Positions 1-10,121 of a stretch of DNA of 64,000 bases are shown here, in pieces. Below the pieces are notes generated by a model. It saw only the letters and a list, made by a program, of their open reading frames with translations. It had not been told where the DNA came from and did not search any database. The DNA lies in assembly GCA_041690055.1 (NCBI GenBank), contig JBDNFB010000227.1, positions 2,974 through 66,973 of the forward strand, in the 5' to 3' direction. This DNA is from Myxococcota bacterium (GTDB taxonomy: Bacteria; Myxococcota_A; UBA9160; UBA4427). The position numbers and the translations under genes are program-made. Within the stretch, counting starts at the first letter, position 1, and every line of letters starts with the position of its first letter.

Positions 1-918
1 TCGAAATCCGTTGTGCCTACGACAATCGAATTCGTGGACATCGCGGGTCTCGTGAAGGGCGCCTCTAAGGGCGAAGGCCTGGGCAATCAGTTTCTCGGCA
101 ATATCCGTGAAACAACGGCGACCATTCATGTGGTTCGCTGCTTCGATGATGAGAACGTTGTCCACGTCGACGGCAACACGGATCCCGCCCGCGATGCCGA
201 GACGATCGAGCTCGAACTCGGCCTCGCCGATCTCGACGCCGTAGAAAAGCGCGCCGACCGCGTCCGCCGTGTCGCGAAGTCTGGCGACAAACAAGCGCGC
301 GCGGAACTCGAATTCTTCGAAGCCCTGCGCGATCATCTCTCTAACGGTCAGCCCGCCCGCTCCTTTCAAGTCCCGGACGCAATGCTCGCCGCCTTCAACG
401 AGACCTGCCTCCTGACAGCAAAGCCTGTCCTCTACGTCGCCAACGTCGACGAAGACGGACTCGGCGATGGCAATGCGCACAGCGCGGCGCTCGAAGCCTA
501 TGCGGGCAGCCGCGGTGCCGAAGTCGTTCGCATCTGCGGCAAGGTCGAGGCCGAACTCTCGGAACTCGATGATGCGGATAAGCGCGAGTTCCTCGCGGAT
601 CTCGGGATCGAAGAGCCTGGTCTCAATCGACTCATCCGCGCCGCCTATGGTTTGCTCAAGCTGGTCACCTTCTTCACAGCGGGACCGAAAGAAATTCGCG
701 CCTGGACCATTCGCAGCGGCACACTCGCCCCCCAAGCTGCCGCCGAGATCCACTCCGACTTCGAAAAGCATTTCATTCGCGCCGAAGTCATTCCCTTCGA
801 CACCTATATTGAGTGTGCGGGGGAAGCCGGCGCGAAGGCGAAGGGCGTGATGCAGGTCGAAGGCAAGGAATACCTGGTCAACGACGGCGACGTCATTTTC
901 TTCAGGACGAGCGCTTAG
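1..918 (+). CDS. ychF: Redox-regulated ATPase YchF (5' end lies outside the window)
   Basis: Motifs [48 protein letters not shown] and the C-terminal [16 protein letters not shown]. Confidence 0.97.
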   Translation, partial: SKSVVPTTIEFVDIAGLVKGASKGEGLGNQFLGNIRETTATIHVVRCFDDENVVHVDGNTDPARDAETIELELGLADLDAVEKRADRVRRVAKSGDKQARAELEFFEALRDHLSNGQPARSFQVPDAMLAAFNETCLLTAKPVLYVANVDEDGLGDGNAHSAALEAYAGSRGAEVVRICGKVEAELSELDDADKREFLADLGIEEPGLNRLIRAAYGLLKLVTFFTAGPKEIRAWTIRSGTLAPQAAAEIHSDFEKHFIRAEVIPFDTYIECAGEAGAKAKGVMQVEGKEYLVNDGDVIFFRTSA

Positions 919-1035
919 GCGCTCTGGCAATCGCAGGCGATTGACCGCTGAGGGCTCTATTTTGACGAGCGCTTAGGCGCTCTGGCAATCGCAGGCGATT
1001 GACCGCTGAGGGCTCATTCAACTAAGACGAGCGCT
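906..1035 (+). repeat. 52-bp direct repeat (2 exact copies plus a 10-bp third start) overlapping the ychF stop codon
   Basis: gacgagcgcttaggcgctctggcaatcgcaggcgattgaccgctgagggctc at 906-957 and 964-1015; gacgagcgct again at 1026. Each copy holds two hairpins (gagcgc/gcgctc and caatcg/cgattg). Confidence 0.92.
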
Positions 1036-1068
1036 GATGTGCTTGGGGGATTTGGTTTGTCGCGACGG

Positions 1069-1542
1069 ATGAGTCGGCAGATGACGCCGGAACAGGTGCT
1101 GGAGACGCAGTTCGGGGGACCGGACGATGGCGTGTTTACGGATGGATCGTGCGATCCGAATCCGGGACGGGGCGGCTGGGGTTGGGTCTGGGTCAACAAG
1201 GGTGAGATCGTCACCCAGGGACATGGGCGCGCGGCCGATACGACCAATAACCGGATGGAGCTGATGGCGCTGATCGAGGCCTTCAAGAAGCTTCCTGCCG
1301 ACCAAGACATCGTCGCGCATTCCGATAGCCAGCTCTGCGTGAATACGATTAATCAATGGGCGGCCGGCTGGGAGAAGCGCGGCTGGAAGCGCAAGGGCGG
1401 CCCGATCAAAAATCTCGATCTAGTGCAGGAACTCTACGCGCTCGCCCACGCGAAGCCACGCATCGAGCTCCGCTGGATTCGGGCGCATGACGGCGCGCGC
1501 TGGAACGAATACGCCGACGCGCTGGCTGCACTCGACGCCTGA
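1069..1542 (+). CDS. rnhA: Ribonuclease HI
   Basis: FTDGSC.PNPG.GGWG, TTNNRMEL.A, SDSQL, GPIKNLDL, WIRAH...NEYADALA. Start could be 1039, 1069 or 1081. Confidence 0.95.
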   Translation: MSRQMTPEQVLETQFGGPDDGVFTDGSCDPNPGRGGWGWVWVNKGEIVTQGHGRAADTTNNRMELMALIEAFKKLPADQDIVAHSDSQLCVNTINQWAAGWEKRGWKRKGGPIKNLDLVQELYALAHAKPRIELRWIRAHDGARWNEYADALAALDA

Positions 1543-1562
1543 TTGGCCCGGAACCGAACGAA

Positions 1563-2068
1563 CTAACGTCCGATTTCTTTGAGTCGGATGCGAAGTGCAT
1601 CCGGGCTCATGAGGCTGGGGTCGATCTCAACAAGCGCCTCGACTTTCGCGAGAAGCTGGTCGTGGATCGTCCGGAACAACGCGCGCACGTCTTCTTCTGA
1701 ACCACTTGCAGCCGCCGGATCCTCCACGCCCCAGTGAATTGTCATCGGATGTCCCGGCCAAACGGGACACACTTCGGCTGCCGCGTTCCCACACACCGTG
1801 AAAATCAAATCCAGCGGTGACGCATCCGCGCCCGCAAATTCATCCCAGCTCTTGCTGCGAAGCCCAGCCGTCTCGTACCCGAGTTCCTTGACGATCTCGA
1901 TCGTGACGGGATGCGGCGCAGGCTTTGGCTCGCTCCCCGCGCTGAACGCTCGGTAACGAGGCGGACCCAGTCGGGCCAAGGCCGCCTCCGCAAGAATACT
2001 CCGAGCCGAGTTGTGCCCGCGCAGGGGAAAATGACGTCCCAGGCACTGCCCGCGGAATCCGTGTTCAT
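1563..2068 (-). pseudogene. arsC: Arsenate reductase ArsC (LMW-PTP type), frameshifted inside the active-site loop
   Basis: Minus strand reads tgc gcg ggc [ac] aac tcg gct cgg agt att ctt gcg gag = C-A-G-(2 extra nt)-N-S-A-R-S-I-L-A-E. The downstream frame has AFSAGS.P, SKSWDEF, TVCGNAAAEVCPVWPGHP and HWGVEDP. Confidence 0.8.
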
Positions 2069-2086
2069 CGCCGCGCTTGCCTAACG

Positions 2087-2668
2087 TTACTCTTCGCTGG
2101 AAGCAGTTGCCGGCTCGAGCATCTCGCTCGAAAACCGAGTGCCGAACGTCTTCGCCAGACTGAGCACCTGGGCCAACGATGATTTAAGAAGCGCAGGCGA
2201 CAGCGACGAAATCGGATGTATAAACGCCGCGTAAACCACACCTTCTGAGGTGCTGTAGCGGGCGTCTCCGGTTCGGTGAAAATTCGCCTCGAGCATAATG
2301 TCGAGGAATCGGGGGTTGAGTTTGTTCGCCAGAGCGATCGGGGCGATAATCCGCATGCGGTCGTTCGCTGGGTCGCTGATCAGATAGACATTGATGCCGT
2401 CGATCTTAGTTTGAATCGCGCCCGAAGGACCCAGGATCGCATCCACTTCGCCCGCAAAAAGAAGCTCCATCGCCGATTGTGTCATCGGCGCAACCATTCG
2501 CCCTTCGTCTCCGCGCACAGCCTCATCGGCCGACGCCGAAAGACCGTTCGACGGCGAAGAACCCATCAACGCGCAGCCATTCGCGATCATGCAGAGCAAG
2601 ATCCAAGACGCCACACACATCCATCTGCGAACCGAACCGGTCCGCAGATGGGCCATTGTCATCTTCAT
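2087..2668 (-). CDS. Hypothetical lipoprotein with a YbjN/T3SS-chaperone-like domain
   Basis: Hydrophobic N-terminus with lipobox-like ANGC; C-terminal DRMRIIAPI...LEANF...ARY pattern; overlaps the EVE gene by 4 nt. Confidence 0.55.
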   Translation of the reverse strand: MKMTMAHLRTGSVRRWMCVASWILLCMIANGCALMGSSPSNGLSASADEAVRGDEGRMVAPMTQSAMELLFAGEVDAILGPSGAIQTKIDGINVYLISDPANDRMRIIAPIALANKLNPRFLDIMLEANFHRTGDARYSTSEGVVYAAFIHPISSLSPALLKSSLAQVLSLAKTFGTRFSSEMLEPATASSEE

Positions 2669-3138
2669 GAACGCTTTGCTTCCTTGGCAGCCTTGGCGGC
2701 TTTCCCCGCATTAGCGGCGGGTACTTTCGTTTTGCCGAGCTTCGCCACGTACCGAAACTCGTCCGGCGTAAGCGGCACAACCGAAAGACGGCCACGTTTA
2801 ACAAGCCCGATCTCGGACAGCTCAGGATCCGCCTTAATTTCCGCGAGCGTGACGGGACGGGTAAACGGCACAATGGGAGCGATATCAACGACACACCAGC
2901 GATCATCGTCCGTCGTCGGGTCGGGATAGCTCTCGCCTACGATCTCGGCGATGCCCACGATTTCCTTGCCTTCGTTCGAATGATAATAGAAGGCCAGATC
3001 GCCGAGCTTCATCGCGGCCATATTATTGCGCGCTTCGTAATTCCGAACGCCGTCCCAATAGGTCTTGCCGTCTTTGACGAGCTGGTCCCATGCGTATTTG
3101 AAGGGCTCCGACTTCATCAGCCAATAACCGCGCGCCAC
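2665..3138 (-). CDS. EVE domain protein
   Basis: YWLMKSEP, WDGVRNYEARN, GDLAFYYHS, RLSVVP; GTG start downstream of GGGAGG. Confidence 0.93.
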   Translation of the reverse strand: MARGYWLMKSEPFKYAWDQLVKDGKTYWDGVRNYEARNNMAAMKLGDLAFYYHSNEGKEIVGIAEIVGESYPDPTTDDDRWCVVDIAPIVPFTRPVTLAEIKADPELSEIGLVKRGRLSVVPLTPDEFRYVAKLGKTKVPAANAGKAAKAAKEAKRS

Positions 3139-3195
3139 CCTCAACCTCCCGAATCGATGAATTCGTAATCATCGCACAGCGCACAAATGCGCGCG

Positions 3196-4404
3196 CTAAC
3201 GAAGATCCTCTGGGACCTGACCCATCATGTGCACGTGCGCGGCATGTGCCGAAATTGGCCGCGTCAAAAACCGGCTGGTCACGTTGGCGCGGATCCAGTT
3301 GTACCAACCGACGATGACTGAAGGCTGTTGACCGAGCGCGGCAAGTCCACGGCGCGCCACATCTTCGGCGCGATGACCCGAATGGGGAATCTCGCCTGCG
3401 ACTTCTTGAAATTCAGTCTCCGTAGAGCCCGGCTCGAGCACGGCCACATCGATATTGCTCGCGCGAAGCTCTGCCCACAGCGCTTCGCCGAGAAAAAGAT
3501 CGAACGCCTTCGTCGCAGCATACGTCGCGTGCAGCGGAATCGGCTGACGACCCGCCACTGAACCGGTGAACAATACACCTCCGCGACCCCGTTCGCGCAT
3601 GCTCTGCACAAACGCATGCGTGAGCACGAGCGGCGCTTCGCAGTTCACCGTCACAAGCCGGCGCAAATCTTCGCGCGGCACCAGATCAAAGCGCCCCGCA
3701 CAGCCCAGCCCCGCATTATTAACGAGCAGTCCGACTTCCAGATCAGCGACCGCATCGATCACAGCCTGCGGGCCACCCGGCTCCGCCAAGTCCGCAACAA
3801 CGACGCGCGTCTCGACGCCATGATCGCGCTCGAGTTCCGTCGCCAGGCTCTGCAAACGGTCCTCGCGCCGCGCCGACAAGACGACCTTCATTCCGTCCGC
3901 CGCGATCTGTCGCGCGATGGCTGTGCCGATCCCTGAGGACGCGCCGGTCACCACGGCCCATTCGCCGTAGCGCGCGGTCAGAGAGAGACTGCGCTGCTCG
4001 AAATAACCACGCGCGTTCCAGAAGGCGTAGGCCAGGCCGAGAAAAGGCAGCGCGGGGATCAAACCGAGGACGAGTCCGCTCAGACCTTCGGTTTCGAAGG
4101 CGCTCCAGACATAAACGCTAAACGCGACCTGCACGGTATAAGCCGTGGCCCAAAAAGCCATCCAGGGTCGGCGGCGGCGAAAGCCGTACACCGCGGCGGC
4201 GTAGACATACCAATGCGGAATCGCGAAAACCTTGGCCCAAAAGCCTGTGAAGAGGATGCCGAACCAAACCTCTTCATCTTCGGCCATCGGCTTCGCCAGG
4301 AAATCCCAGGGCACGTAGATGAAAGCCATATAGGCACAGAAAATCATCGCCACGCTCATCCACCAGGGACGTTCGCGAAACACATCGTAAAGCCATTCGC
4401 GCAT
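3196..4404 (-). CDS. SDR oxidoreductase fused to an N-terminal ~4-TM membrane domain
   Basis: TGASSGIG, NNAG and YAATK motifs; ~135-aa hydrophobic N-terminus; AAGGAG upstream of the ATG at 4404. Confidence 0.85.
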   Translation of the reverse strand: MREWLYDVFRERPWWMSVAMIFCAYMAFIYVPWDFLAKPMAEDEEVWFGILFTGFWAKVFAIPHWYVYAAAVYGFRRRRPWMAFWATAYTVQVAFSVYVWSAFETEGLSGLVLGLIPALPFLGLAYAFWNARGYFEQRSLSLTARYGEWAVVTGASSGIGTAIARQIAADGMKVVLSARREDRLQSLATELERDHGVETRVVVADLAEPGGPQAVIDAVADLEVGLLVNNAGLGCAGRFDLVPREDLRRLVTVNCEAPLVLTHAFVQSMRERGRGGVLFTGSVAGRQPIPLHATYAATKAFDLFLGEALWAELRASNIDVAVLEPGSTETEFQEVAGEIPHSGHRAEDVARRGLAALGQQPSVIVGWYNWIRANVTSRFLTRPISAHAAHVHMMGQVPEDLR

Positions 4405-4517
4405 CGAAACTCCTTGGTTCAGAGGCCGCAACTCAGAAGCTAACCGATTGGGAGCGGCCGGAGCGGCGCAGGAACGAGGCTTTTCGATTTCTCGCCAGAC
4501 GCGAGTGTCGGGACCGT

Positions 4518-6035
4518 CTAGCGAGCGACCGGGAAGTAGAGATCGAAGGCCGTGCCTTCGCCTGGAGCGCTGTCGACCGCGATCGCTCCGCCCAGTTCCC
4601 GCATAATCTCGGCGCAGGTCGCCAAGCCGAGGCCCGTACCGCGTCCTTCGCCCTTCGTCGTAAAGAAAGGCTCAAACGCCTTATCCTGAATCGAAAGGTC
4701 CATTCCACATCCGTCATCCTCAACGCGCAAGCAGAGATACTCGTCCGCCGGAAGCTCGGCTGGGGGGGAGACAACGCGACCCTTCAACGTCGAATCAGGA
4801 TCTTCCCCGCGGCACTGGCCACCGATGTAAACGCTTCGCGCAGACAGCGCGAAAACGCCGGCGCACGACCGATTCTCGGGCTGGGCGTCACGGGCATTCG
4901 AAGCGAGATTGAGCAGGACGCGTTCGAAGCTTCCGGGATTGAGTTCGATACGCGGCAGATCGGCGCGGAGATCGACGATCACGTCCATGCCATTGCCTGC
5001 GACCCGGCGGGTGATGGCTTCGAGTCGAGAGACCACCTCCGCAAGGCTCACACGGCGAACGCCTTCCTCCCGAGTGCGACCGAAGGAAAGCACCTCTTCG
5101 ACCAGCTGGGCCGCGCGCGCGCTCGCTTCAGCAATCTCGCGCACCTCCGTCTGCTCCTTCGCGTCTTCCGGCAGCGCCATTTCAAGTAGCTCCGCGTTGC
5201 CGCCAATCGCGGTCAGCACATTATTGAAATCATGGGCGACCGACGACGCCACACGACCCAGCGTTTCAAGCCGATCGCTCTGGGCCCGACGCGCGCGCAA
5301 AGACTCCAGTTCCGTTTCAAGCCGACTGCGTTCAAGGAAGGAGGCGACCAGCGTCCCCAAAAGCGTCGCACTCGAAAGGACGGATTCCGAACCGCGCTGC
5401 GAAGCGAGCCCGCCATCCACACTAAACACACCAAGCAAACCCTGTGTCCCCAAACAAGGTATGAGCAGAAGCGCATGACTGAGGCGCGGAACGGATTCCC
5501 ATTGCGTCGGCCGGACCGCGCCGCGGGTTCGAGCCAGGCCGGCCATTTGCGGCCAGAAAACACGCCGTGCCTGGCCGGCAAGCAAGGCAGCGCCCTGATT
5601 GGGAAGGCGCTCAAGGTCGAGCTCCGCCGGCAGCGACGGACGGGATCCGCGGGGCCCGGCAACCGAATCGGCCGAATCATTGACCGGCCAGCTCTGCTGT
5701 CGCGTAAAGCCCACCTTCGAAAGGCCCGCCGCCAAACCAGACGGTCGCGGAATAGGGGCGGAGGTCGGCGTGTAGAAGGCGGCGGCCGTCGCGCCGAGGC
5801 CCGAAATCAGGACTTCCAGAGCGCGATCGACGCCGCCCGCTCGAAACCCTGCGGCTCCGGCCGCGAGCGCTTGGGCCAATGTGCTCACCTGGGTCTGGAA
5901 GGCGGCTTCTCGAGAAGAATCGTCCGGAACCGACCAAGGCCCGAGATTCCCCGTATTCGCGCGCGCTTCTCCGGAACGGTTCCCATGATCGACCGGTTCT
6001 GCCAGCATTCCCTTACCCTCACGGCTCCGTTCCAT
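4518..6035 (-). CDS. Sensor histidine kinase (GAF-like region + HisKA + HATPase)
   Basis: H-box VAHDFNNVL, N-box NLASNARDA, G1 DDGCG, F/G2 FEPFFTTK..G.GTGLGL; no receiver domain. Confidence 0.9.
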   Translation of the reverse strand: MERSREGKGMLAEPVDHGNRSGEARANTGNLGPWSVPDDSSREAAFQTQVSTLAQALAAGAAGFRAGGVDRALEVLISGLGATAAAFYTPTSAPIPRPSGLAAGLSKVGFTRQQSWPVNDSADSVAGPRGSRPSLPAELDLERLPNQGAALLAGQARRVFWPQMAGLARTRGAVRPTQWESVPRLSHALLLIPCLGTQGLLGVFSVDGGLASQRGSESVLSSATLLGTLVASFLERSRLETELESLRARRAQSDRLETLGRVASSVAHDFNNVLTAIGGNAELLEMALPEDAKEQTEVREIAEASARAAQLVEEVLSFGRTREEGVRRVSLAEVVSRLEAITRRVAGNGMDVIVDLRADLPRIELNPGSFERVLLNLASNARDAQPENRSCAGVFALSARSVYIGGQCRGEDPDSTLKGRVVSPPAELPADEYLCLRVEDDGCGMDLSIQDKAFEPFFTTKGEGRGTGLGLATCAEIMRELGGAIAVDSAPGEGTAFDLYFPVAR

Positions 6036-6263
6036 GGAGCCGTCCCCTGGTAAAACTTGTCGACGTTCTCCGTTCAGAGCTTGAGTATTGCTCTAGATTT
6101 CTACCCTCATGAGAATTCGAATGACCGGGGATCACCTGGGGTTCTCTGGGTGGAAATAGGGGGATTCACCCGAATTCGGCAGCCGACCTCACAAGGGGTA
6201 CTCTCCTGACCCTGATCGGGCCCCTTCTTCACCCCACCGATCGACCCGGAGCAAGGCAAAACC

Positions 6264-7361
6264 ATGGGCAGCGTCTACGGCCAGTTATTCCGAATCTCGA
6301 CCTTCGGCGAATCCCACGGCGGTGGTGTCGGCGTCGTGCTTGAAGGCTGCCCGCCGCGCCTCGAAATCGATGTCGCGGAGATCCAGCGCGACCTCGACCG
6401 ACGCAAGCCCGGCCAAAGCGTGCTGACCACGCCCCGCCAGGAAGCGGATCAGGCCGAGATTCTCTCCGGTGTTTTCGAAGGACGGACAATTGGCTCCCCT
6501 ATTGCGATCGCGGTCCGCAACAAGGACGCGCGCCCGAGTGCCTACGAGGATATGCGCGACCTTTACCGCCCCTCTCACGCGGACTTCACGACCGAAGCCA
6601 AATACGGCATCCGCAACTGGCAGGGTGGCGGCCGCGCGAGCGCGCGTGAAACCATCGGCCGCGTCGCCGCAGGCGCGATCGCGCGAAAGCTACTGCGCGA
6701 AGTCGCCGGCGTTGAAGTGCTGTGCTGGGTGCGACGCGTGCAAGACATCGATTCGCAGGTGGACCCGGAGACGGTGACCCTTGAAGAGATTGACGCGAAC
6801 GATGTGCGCTGTCCCGACGCAGATGCGGCAAAAAAAATGTATCAGCTAATTGACGATCTGCGTCGGCAAGGCGATTCGGTCGGCGGCGTCGTGGAATGCG
6901 TCGCTCGGAACGTTCCAGCCGGTCTCGGAGACCCAGTCTTCGACAAGCTTGAGGCGGACCTCGCCAAGGCCATGATGTCCTTGCCCGCCGCAAAGGGTTT
7001 CGAAATTGGTTCGGGCTTCGGCGGAACCGCGCTCACAGGGAGTCAGCATAACGATCCCTTCGTGACCGATGCCGAAGGCCGGACGCGCACCTCCTCGAAC
7101 CGCTCGGGCGGAATCCAGGGTGGCATAAGTAACGGCGAATCGATCAATCTGCGCGTCGCGTTCAAGCCCACGGCCACGATCCGTGCGGCCCAACAGACCG
7201 TCAACCGCGAGGGCAAAGCCGTCACGCTCGAAGCGGGCGGGCGACACGATCCTTGCGTGCTACCGCGCGCAGTGCCCATGGTTGAAGCCATGGTATGCCT
7301 CACGCTCGCGGACCATTGGCTGCGCCAGCGCGCGGTCGACGTGCTTCCCGCGGCCGATTAA
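6264..7361 (+). CDS. aroC: Chorismate synthase
   Basis: [43 protein letters not shown]. Confidence 0.98.
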   Translation: MGSVYGQLFRISTFGESHGGGVGVVLEGCPPRLEIDVAEIQRDLDRRKPGQSVLTTPRQEADQAEILSGVFEGRTIGSPIAIAVRNKDARPSAYEDMRDLYRPSHADFTTEAKYGIRNWQGGGRASARETIGRVAAGAIARKLLREVAGVEVLCWVRRVQDIDSQVDPETVTLEEIDANDVRCPDADAAKKMYQLIDDLRRQGDSVGGVVECVARNVPAGLGDPVFDKLEADLAKAMMSLPAAKGFEIGSGFGGTALTGSQHNDPFVTDAEGRTRTSSNRSGGIQGGISNGESINLRVAFKPTATIRAAQQTVNREGKAVTLEAGGRHDPCVLPRAVPMVEAMVCLTLADHWLRQRAVDVLPAAD

Positions 7362-7424
7362 TACCACTGACTAGTACCACGGACTAATGCCACGGGCGCC
7401 AGGCACTAACACGCCAGGCTAACG
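7359..7424 (+). repeat. Degenerate 13-bp tandem repeat starting at the aroC stop codon
   Basis: taataccactgac / tagtaccacggac / taatgccacgggc, followed by gccaggc(ac)taac twice. Confidence 0.6.
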
Positions 7425-7445
7425 CAGCCGAGGAACTCAGACAAT

Positions 7446-8038
7446 ATGTCGGACGAGACGGAGCCCCCTTCCCCTTCCGACCGTCCCGGAGCAGGCCGGG
7501 ACGTGCGATCCGCAGGAGCAGTCTCCCCTCCGCCATCCAGTGGCTCGAGCCTCTTTTTCAAGCTCTGCCTCTCGGCAGCATCACCCTGATCGGCAGCTGC
7601 GCCGCAATCCTCAGCCCAATCGGGCGCGAAGTGACTCGATCGAGCTTCGAGCTCATGACCTCAGTCGGCGGCGCTGCCGCTGCCCCCGGCACGAACGCGC
7701 TCCGTGAAATCGGCTGCGATTCGGCGCTCGTGATGCCCTTCGAGGCGCTCCTCGACCCGATGGAAATACTTTCTGCTGCCCTGGGCGAACCCGAAGAGAC
7801 CGGCGACGAACTCGACGGCGTTCTGTTCGTTCAATGCTCGCCCAATCTCCTTCGCGACGAAGACCTCACCTGCGAACAGATCGCACAAACCTATGGCGAG
7901 GCCGCTTCGGCCACCGAAGAGTTCGTTGTGATGCTCGAGCGCGCAGGCGCGACGGCCTGCATGGGATTCCACTTGCCAAACGGAACGCTGACCCGTCAAC
8001 TCGACGATTTCGAAGAAATCCCGGGCGACGTTTTCTAG
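7446..8038 (+). pseudogene. Hypothetical membrane-anchored protein, apparently frameshifted near 7570
   Basis: ATG at 7446 downstream of GAGGA gives MSDETEPP...SLFFKLC. Skipping 2 nt (tgc [ct] ctc ggc) continues as LGSITLIGSCAAILSPIGREV, in frame with ORF 7631..8038. Confidence 0.55.
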
Positions 8039-8095
8039 TCTTCGTCGTGCGGAATGCCTCGTGCGCGGCGCGCGCATGACCCGTTCAATTCGGCG

Positions 8096-8524
8096 TTAGG
8101 CGGAATGCGATTCGAGCCAAACCTGAATGTTCTGATCCGCGCCCTCTTCCATCGTATCGACCAGACGAATGATCCGGTCGCCGGAGAAGATCGCTTTTTC
8201 TCGGCCCCCGAAGACGAGATCCGGGTCGCCCGCGTTCTTGTAGGTCCCGCGCCAGTCGAATTCGATCGAGTCCTCACTGACCTTCGGCGCACCCACGATC
8301 TCGACGTCGCGCATCTCGAATCGTCGGTCAAGCTCGTTGACGATCTCATTGAGATGCTCCAGCACAGCCTCTCGCCCGGCCCATTCCCCGCCGAGCGGCG
8401 CCTCGCCCGTCACGGCGTACACAGCATCTTCCGTGAAATAGACCTCTAGACGAGACCAATCATCGTCTTCGTAGGTCTTCTCGAAATCGGTCGCGTATTC
8501 AAGAAATCGTCGCGCGTGTTCCAT
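8096..8524 (-). CDS. NTF2/SnoaL-like domain protein
   Basis: DDWSRLEVYFTEDAVY...GREAV pattern; ~142 aa from ATG 8524. Confidence 0.75.
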   Translation of the reverse strand: MEHARRFLEYATDFEKTYEDDDWSRLEVYFTEDAVYAVTGEAPLGGEWAGREAVLEHLNEIVNELDRRFEMRDVEIVGAPKVSEDSIEFDWRGTYKNAGDPDLVFGGREKAIFSGDRIIRLVDTMEEGADQNIQVWLESHSA

Positions 8525-8643
8525 TAGAGGGCTCCTGGGGCGACCGTGATGCGAGTCACCCGCTCCTTGCGGGCGCGGGTAGAAATAATGGCGCAGAACT
8601 ACTATCCCTATGCTTGAGCCAACGCCACGGAACCCTCCTATCG

Positions 8644-9588
8644 ATGTCTCGTCCTCCTTTGATCGATCGAACACCCAGTGCCGAAGTCGAGGTCAGCCCG
8701 GACCTCGTTCGCGGCATGCTCGAAGAGCAGCATCCGGATCTCGCCGAGCTTGTGATTGAGTTCGCGGATTCCGGATGGGACAATTTCATGTTCCGACTGG
8801 GTGAGGACCTCGCTCTGCGAATGCCGCGCAGGCAAGCGGGCGTTGCCCTGCTTCTTCATGAACAGCGTGTTCTACCCGCACTCGCACCCCGGCTACCCCT
8901 TCCGATTTCGGCGTCGCTTCGCGAGGGCAAGCCCGGCCGCGGCTATCCGTGGCCCTGGAGCATCATCCCCTGGCGGCCCGGTGATCCAGCCGACAAAGCG
9001 AGCCCAAACAAGAATCAGAGCATCGTCCTCGCCGACTTTCTTCGCGCGCTCCATCAGCCCGCCGATGCAAGCGCCCCGATCAATGCGTTTCGAGGCGTAC
9101 CTCTCATAGAACGGGACGCCCTCATCGCTCCGAGACTGGATCGCCTTAAAGAGCAATGCGATCTCATCACCCCCGCGATCGAAGCCGCATGGGGGGCCGC
9201 GGTCGAAGCGCCGCTTGCGGAAGCCGAATGTTGGCTGCACGGCGATCTGCATCCACGTAACGTGCTTGTTAAGGACGGGGCATTCTCTGCCATCGTCGAC
9301 TGGGGCGACGTGACCTCCGGAGACGTCGCAGTGGATCTAGCTTCAATCTGGATGCTCTTTGAAGATGCCGATGCGCGGTTCGCAGCACTCGATCGCTACG
9401 GCGCCCCCAACACAGGAGGGCCGAAAAGTGCCGAGCCGCTCAGCCAGGCGACGCGGGTGCGCGCAATCGGCAGCGCCGTCTCCTTTGGAGCCGCCCTGCT
9501 GGATATAGGTTTGGCGGATGATCCAAGGCATGCCGAAATCGGTCGCAGAACTCTACTGCGCGTCGCGGATGACCTCGCTTCGAGATAG
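8644..9588 (+). CDS. Aminoglycoside-phosphotransferase-like (APH/choline kinase family) protein
   Basis: SGWDN.MFRLG, RMPRR, HGDLHPRNVL, IVDWGD. Confidence 0.88.
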   Translation: MSRPPLIDRTPSAEVEVSPDLVRGMLEEQHPDLAELVIEFADSGWDNFMFRLGEDLALRMPRRQAGVALLLHEQRVLPALAPRLPLPISASLREGKPGRGYPWPWSIIPWRPGDPADKASPNKNQSIVLADFLRALHQPADASAPINAFRGVPLIERDALIAPRLDRLKEQCDLITPAIEAAWGAAVEAPLAEAECWLHGDLHPRNVLVKDGAFSAIVDWGDVTSGDVAVDLASIWMLFEDADARFAALDRYGAPNTGGPKSAEPLSQATRVRAIGSAVSFGAALLDIGLADDPRHAEIGRRTLLRVADDLASR

Positions 9589-9668
9589 AAGTGCTGCGCC
9601 TTGCGCCGGCTCACACTACCCGCCCAATTCACCTCACGCATCTGATGCGATTGAGGCGTTAATCCGCC

Positions 9669-10118
9669 CTAAGGCAGGAGCGCGAAGCCCGCGACAGCGG
9701 AGAGCATCGCGGCCCCGATACTGGCCGCCGCGCCGAGGCGATGGATCCCGCGCATTTCGGCATCCCCGCGCGAAAGGGCGCGCCCAGTCCAGCCCGTCCA
9801 GCTAAATAGGCCGAGCACGATGATCCCCAGAATGCTGTGGAAGCTGTCGAACCAGGCGCGATCGCGAAAGAGCACCATCGAGGCGGGGCCCATCGCAAAG
9901 CCCACCCAAATCAACACCATCGTGACGCGCCCAAACCGAAGATGCCGTTCGCGAAGCTCTTTGCCGACACGTTCGCCACGAGCGTGACGCCGGCGAATCT
10001 CGAGACCCAGCTTCGCCGTCATCAGCGCGACGACGAGACTCGTCACCATCCAGACCGGATGCACAAAGGCCCAGGCGGGGTACGAGACGGCCCCGGAAGG
10101 TTCTAAAAAGTCAGGCAC
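9669..10118 (-). CDS. DUF4079-like 4-TM membrane protein (possible heme-binding His residues)
   Basis: HP.W, RERH, FDSFH and RGIH His residues spaced across four hydrophobic segments. Confidence 0.6.
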   Translation of the reverse strand: MPDFLEPSGAVSYPAWAFVHPVWMVTSLVVALMTAKLGLEIRRRHARGERVGKELRERHLRFGRVTMVLIWVGFAMGPASMVLFRDRAWFDSFHSILGIIVLGLFSWTGWTGRALSRGDAEMRGIHRLGAAASIGAAMLSAVAGFALLP

Positions 10119-10121
10119 GTG

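Noticed and set aside
906-1035. CRISPR array
   Set aside because: Only two full repeats, spacers of 6-10 bp, and no cas genes
6120-6200. G-rich repeats between the kinase and aroC as a response-regulator box
   Set aside because: Too degenerate to define a motif by eye
7587-7589. TGA as a second selenocysteine codon
   Set aside because: The downstream coding region is in a different frame and there is no redox motif; a frameshift explains it better
8644-9588. Antibiotic-resistance gene
   Set aside because: Broad APH/kinase-family motifs only, in a chromosomal context with no mobile element
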